Positions 59,910-64,000 of a DNA stretch of 64,000 nt are shown here, in pieces. Within the stretch, counting starts at the first letter, position 1. Each line of letters starts with the position of its first letter. The stretch is from the NCBI GenBank assembly GCA_977017575.1, contig CDRNVI010000012.1:868001-932000 (forward strand), written 5' to 3'. The stretch comes from Paramoeba atlantica. Its lineage: Eukaryota > Protista > Discosea. The notes beneath the pieces were generated by a model. The model saw nothing but the letters and a program-made list of their open reading frames with translations, did not search any database and was not told the origin of the DNA. Position numbers and translations under genes: made by a program.

Positions 59910-60596
59910 ATGATCCATCCTTTTTTCTTATCTGACGACCAAAAGTCGTCGGAAAAATGCTCAGGAGCTGTTCTTCCACTAGAATATGATTTAATGAGAC
60001 TCGTACAACACGTCGAAAATCCTCATATTTCTTGGCATACCGGTACACCTGGATGTGAGTGGCGAGGCATAAACTGTAACAACAAGAATAGCGTTCTCTA
60101 TATTAAGTGGTCCTTCTTGAAACTGGGAGGAAAACTAAATTTGAAATACTTACCCCCACGACTGGTGAAGTTGGATGCTTCTTCGAACAACTTGTATGGC
60201 GAGTTTTTATTTGGGGACCTGCCTCCGAGTTTAGAATACCTTATGGTACCCCACAATAATTTTTCTGGAACTCCGATGCTTCATCTTTTGCCGCCATCTT
60301 TGAAGGCAATCGAAATTAACAACAACAATTTTGGTGGTCGTATCATTTTTAGTGTACTTCCTGTATCCTTATGCGAAGTGAATGTAAGCTACAATAAAAA
60401 CTTGGAGGGAACGCTAGATATCAAATGTCATGTGAAAGATTTGTGCTATAATGTTGAAGGGACACGAATCAAAGTATGCAACGGTCCAATGAGAACTGCG
60501 TCGGTAGTCAACCCTGTACCGGATTCCGAAGCTATGAATGCAGAAATTGAATCCATGGAGAGGGAAATGGAACGTCTAAAATGGCTACTGATCTAA
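59910..60596 (+). CDS. LRR protein, paralogue 6
   Basis: LPLEYDLMRLVQHVENPHISWHTGTPGCEWRGINC cap plus LRRs; short C-terminal coiled segment. Confidence 0.9.
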   Translation: MIHPFFLSDDQKSSEKCSGAVLPLEYDLMRLVQHVENPHISWHTGTPGCEWRGINCNNKNSVLYIKWSFLKLGGKLNLKYLPPRLVKLDASSNNLYGEFLFGDLPPSLEYLMVPHNNFSGTPMLHLLPPSLKAIEINNNNFGGRIIFSVLPVSLCEVNVSYNKNLEGTLDIKCHVKDLCYNVEGTRIKVCNGPMRTASVVNPVPDSEAMNAEIESMEREMERLKWLLI

Positions 60597-60858
60597 TCTG
60601 AATTACGAATTCGATCTAGTCTGGCAATTTGATTGAGTCGTTTTGACATTCATTTGTTTATTTACTCTAGCCTCCCCCTTATCCTAATGTTTCCCGGGTA
60701 CCCCCTTTATTTATTCTGCCAAACCGTGCAGCTTTAGGTAAACTTTGGGGTAGAGAGGAAAACAACTAAAAAAAGGTGCCGGTTTAGAAAGCAGTATTAG
60801 CCAATTGTTCAAAACTAAGTTTAGAATTATTATTGTTGTTTTCCTATTATAATATTCA

Positions 60859-61446
60859 ATGTCCGATGCACAATCCGCGGACGAGAGCTCGATGATCTTT
60901 ATTGCTAATTTACCTATTCGAGAACGCAAAGAAGAAACTCGAGAAAATTTATATTTTCTCTTCTCAGCGTACGGCGCAATAAAAGAAGTCATCTACAGAC
61001 GCCTTCCCGGTCGTCAGTGCTATGCTCATATAGTTTTTTATACTCCACGATCTGCACGAGCCGCTATTCGCGACCTGCAGGGATTTTCTTTTTTTGGTCA
61101 ACAAATCAGAATAGAATTGTGTGGAAAAAGCAAATTTTCGGAACCACAAGGAATAGAGAGCAAAGGCGAAGAGGAGCAAGAGAACCCATTGCCTGTGAAA
61201 GAGAAAATGGAAGATGAAATTGCAGCTGAAAGTGGTGGTAAATTTGTGGTACATGTGACTTTTCCATCTTTACTTCAGCCTACGGATATTTTTAGCTCAC
61301 TAAACGGATATCTAGGGATATTAGCGAGTAGGCAAATTGAACCTGCACTTTGCGAGGCTCGGGCAGAATTTCAAACGTCCGAAAGTGCGCAAGATGCCTT
61401 AATATTCCTTGAAGCAAATGAATTCAAGGCCTCTATAGTTCTATAA
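60859..61446 (+). CDS. U1A/U2B''-family snRNP RRM protein
   Basis: IFIANL...LYFLFSAYG.I...R.CYAHIVF...A..AIRDLQGF.FFG..IRI...KSK; degenerate second RRM. Confidence 0.8.
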   Translation: MSDAQSADESSMIFIANLPIRERKEETRENLYFLFSAYGAIKEVIYRRLPGRQCYAHIVFYTPRSARAAIRDLQGFSFFGQQIRIELCGKSKFSEPQGIESKGEEEQENPLPVKEKMEDEIAAESGGKFVVHVTFPSLLQPTDIFSSLNGYLGILASRQIEPALCEARAEFQTSESAQDALIFLEANEFKASIVL

Positions 61447-61633
61447 AACAAGAGGGTCCTTTTAAGTAAACTTTTTTTCTTGAGCTGCTAATCCTGGAAG
61501 AGGAGCCACCTAAACAATATGAAAAGTGCAACATACAAGTAGTTTATGTCTCAGAACACCCTTGATGTTTATACCTTAAACTTCTTGGTTATACCTCAAA
61601 CTATTACGATTCTACTATTAAAATCTATGCATC

Positions 61634-62767
61634 ATGATTCACCGAACCGCTTGTCAATGGATCAAAACCATTAAGCCAGCGAACATGCAGCGTCCCCGTC
61701 ACTATGACGGACTTTCAAAGATGTGGGCTGGGCGTGACACAAACATGAAGTGGACCGAGTACTACGACGGCTACACAGACGACTATGGTACCTTTAAGGA
61801 AGGCGCACCTACCTCCCTACGTCTGGAGTACATTCGCTCTCCAGAGCATAAAACCTCAAACCTAGAGTTCCTTCGCTATCTATGGTCTCCGTTCGAGGTT
61901 GGTAGAGACAAAGCCAATTACTCTCCTCTTTTCTGGGACCGGCAAAGTTACGGCAACAGAGACATGGAAGGACACGCACGAGGTCTAGCCCCCGGTGAGC
62001 CCAAGCGCAACTGTGTCGGAATGAAAACCAAACGAGAGGTACCCATGGGAGGCAGTCGATACTCTGTGAACTACAAGCCGCTGCATCGAATTCCGAAGTG
62101 GCTTGCGTACATTGTACACGACCGCGAACGAAAACGTTTGCTGGGATTCTTTCTGTACAGCAACGGGTGTTACGTTGCGGAGCTACTGACGTACAAACAG
62201 ATTCCCCGGCTTGTGTACAACAAGTATTTTCAAAAGTACATCCCGACTCTGGGGCAGACCGTCGAGCTCCGTCAAATTACCTATGGTAAGGAATTCCACT
62301 CGCTGGAGTGGTACCCAGGGGGTGGAGCAAGCATGGTACGAGCGGCCGGGACCTCGGCTGTGATCCTACGCGGAACGGAACCAAATTTGGTACCTGTGCT
62401 GCTACCGAGCACGGAGGTTCGATTATTCGAGGATAACTGTCACTGCGTGTTTGGACGGCGTGCCGGGGTCATGCAGCGCTACACCCGTTTCGGGGGATTT
62501 CGCACTCGTATAGGAATTCGTATGGTGCGACCTCGGAGCAAGAAGAACCAAGTGAAAATGGACCAGCACCCCGCAGGAGGGGGGAATGGCTCCAAGTGGC
62601 ATTTAATTTTTCCACTGGATTACCGCATTCACCCAGTGTCACAGAAAACGAAGCATTGGCTCTCGTCGTATATTTTGCGAGGACGATTGTACAACAAGCA
62701 TATGTCGATTGCTGAAATCAAGGAGAAAACATACGGGTGGAAAAGTCGCGATCCAGTTTATCGATAA
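61634..62767 (+). CDS. MRPL2: Mitochondrial ribosomal protein uL2m
   Basis: LE..PGGGA..VRAAGTSA.IL, V.LPS.EVR.F, DQHPAGGG.G; N-terminal extension. Confidence 0.85.
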   Translation: MIHRTACQWIKTIKPANMQRPRHYDGLSKMWAGRDTNMKWTEYYDGYTDDYGTFKEGAPTSLRLEYIRSPEHKTSNLEFLRYLWSPFEVGRDKANYSPLFWDRQSYGNRDMEGHARGLAPGEPKRNCVGMKTKREVPMGGSRYSVNYKPLHRIPKWLAYIVHDRERKRLLGFFLYSNGCYVAELLTYKQIPRLVYNKYFQKYIPTLGQTVELRQITYGKEFHSLEWYPGGGASMVRAAGTSAVILRGTEPNLVPVLLPSTEVRLFEDNCHCVFGRRAGVMQRYTRFGGFRTRIGIRMVRPRSKKNQVKMDQHPAGGGNGSKWHLIFPLDYRIHPVSQKTKHWLSSYILRGRLYNKHMSIAEIKEKTYGWKSRDPVYR

Positions 62768-62947
62768 ACTGCTTCATTTCTAAGATTTCTTGTAGATAGT
62801 TTAGGTTTTTTAAATATTTCTGTTCTACATGTACCTGTGGTCTTCACATGCTCGAGTGCCAAATATCGAATATTTTTTGAAAGTAATTTTCGTTTACCCC
62901 TTTTTAGGAAAGATTGCGATTCACATACTACAGCAATCACTTACATT

Positions 62948-64000
62948 ATGATGACTGCACCATCTCCCACTGTCGACAGTTCCCTACTCGATGACGCACT
63001 AAGCTCTGCGCTTCATAATTTATACCCCACCGGTCCACCCAAGCGCAATACCGAAAACTTACCTCCCAGCGAGCCCCCAGATAAAGCCATCCCTCGGGTT
63101 AAAATCGCCTCACGACCTCCCCCCCAGGAGGAACCTCCCCACACCTCGCCCCCCGAGACCTGTTGCCTCCACATCCCCACCCTGGAACCCGGAGTCACGG
63201 ACCAAACCCTCTTCGAGGCCTTTGCCCCGTTCCACGCCCTTGACGCCTTTGTCATCCAAGACCCCGCACTCTACACCTTCTCCACCTCCACCAGTCCCCC
63301 CACCTCCCCTCCCCCTCCCACCCCCACCCCACCCGCCGGCATCCTCCTCTTCCGTGACCCCACCACCGCCGCCGCCGCCGCCGAACGCGTCTCCCTCACC
63401 GGCCTCGTCCCCTCCCCCCCCTCCTCCCCCCCTCCCCCCCTCCCCGAGCTCGCGCGCTCCCCCCCCGCCTCCGCCCTCCGCACCCCCCTCGGTTGCGCCC
63501 ACCGCGGCTGCCGCACCCTCCTCTGCATCCTGCTCCACTCCCCGCACCACACCCAGGGCGCCACCGCGGAGGTGCTCTCCGCGCTCGAGGACCCCCGCCA
63601 CGCCGCGGCCATCCTCGCCCACCCGCGGTTCGTCTCCCCCGGGCTCGGCTCCGTCGTCGCGCGCGCCCGCCCCGAGCTCCGCCCCCACCTCTCCCGCGAG
63701 CTCCTCACCACGCTGCTCCGCGAGGACAGCGCCGAGGGCTACGTCGCGGAGGCCATGGCGCTCTGGGGGGAGCTCTTCGCCCGGGGGTGCTTCCGCGGGG
63801 TCAGCACCCCCGGGCGCGTGCTCGAGGCCGTGCTGGAGTCCGGGGTGGGGCTCACCCGGAAACGGGTAAAGGGGTTGTGTGGGTTGGTGGCCCGCACGAC
63901 ACGGGAGGGGTGGGAGGGGGAGGCTGTGGAGGGGGTGCTGCGGAGGTTAAGGGGGCGGAGTGTGGAGCCGGAGGGGAAGGAGGCGTTGGTGGAGCTGTGT
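62948..64000 (+). CDS. RRM + helical (MIF4G-like) protein, 3' end outside window
   Basis: Open frame from ATG 62948 to the window end (absent from the ORF track): LHIPTLEPGVTDQTLFEAF...AGILLFRDPTTAAAAA (RRM-like), then LWGELFARG helical region. Confidence 0.6.
   Translation, partial: MMTAPSPTVDSSLLDDALSSALHNLYPTGPPKRNTENLPPSEPPDKAIPRVKIASRPPPQEEPPHTSPPETCCLHIPTLEPGVTDQTLFEAFAPFHALDAFVIQDPALYTFSTSTSPPTSPPPPTPTPPAGILLFRDPTTAAAAAERVSLTGLVPSPPSSPPPPLPELARSPPASALRTPLGCAHRGCRTLLCILLHSPHHTQGATAEVLSALEDPRHAAAILAHPRFVSPGLGSVVARARPELRPHLSRELLTTLLREDSAEGYVAEAMALWGELFARGCFRGVSTPGRVLEAVLESGVGLTRKRVKGLCGLVARTTREGWEGEAVEGVLRRLRGRSVEPEGKEALVELC
62960..64000. other. C-rich to G-rich skew-switch island (switch ~63770)
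   Basis: C-runs 63110-63720, G-rich from 63770. Confidence 0.88.

Noticed and set aside
1-64000. Stop-codon reassignment or in-frame Sec (TGA) genes
   Set aside because: Conserved genes are uninterrupted and end at TAA, TAG or TGA; no credible selenoprotein ORF was seen despite the eEFSec gene
1-64000. tRNA, rRNA or snoRNA genes
   Set aside because: No convincing T-loop/D-loop cloverleaf or C/D box pair found by eye; tRNAscan-SE and Infernal were not run

Overview
Eukaryotic nuclear DNA with kinetoplastid (euglenozoan) architecture. About 40 intronless CDSs all lie on the + strand as one co-directional, probably polycistronic, cluster in the standard genetic code. The compact layout and the dispersed LRR family suggest a Perkinsela-like prokinetoplastid; this is inferred from recalled family features, not from a search. 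Recognisable genes: RACK1, eEFSec, a Sec-less SELENOF/Sep15 homologue, a family-A DNA polymerase, an IGHMBP2-like helicase, TOPBP1, an ML-domain protein, SGT1, NudC, XMAP215, COQ9, SCO1, V-ATPase H, presenilin, cytochrome b5 reductase, a mitochondrial carrier, a PAF-acetylhydrolase, ZNHIT3, U1A/U2B'', uL2m and six LRR paralogues. Intergenic gaps hold decayed mobile elements (CRE/SLACS-like RT, Tc1 transposase, MITE-like elements) and palindromic arrays. Two observations stand out. (1) At least eight ~1-2 kb GC-rich islands recur every ~3.5-15 kb; each switches sharply from C-rich to G-rich on the + strand and overrides codon usage inside conserved genes, pointing to a position-specific, strand-symmetric process (origins, internal initiation sites or DSB/repair hotspots). 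(2) The family-A polymerase appears to carry an N-terminal degenerate TAGT/JGT/GREB1-like DNA glycosyltransferase domain. All homology calls are by eye from motifs; no searches or computations were run, and island boundaries are approximate.
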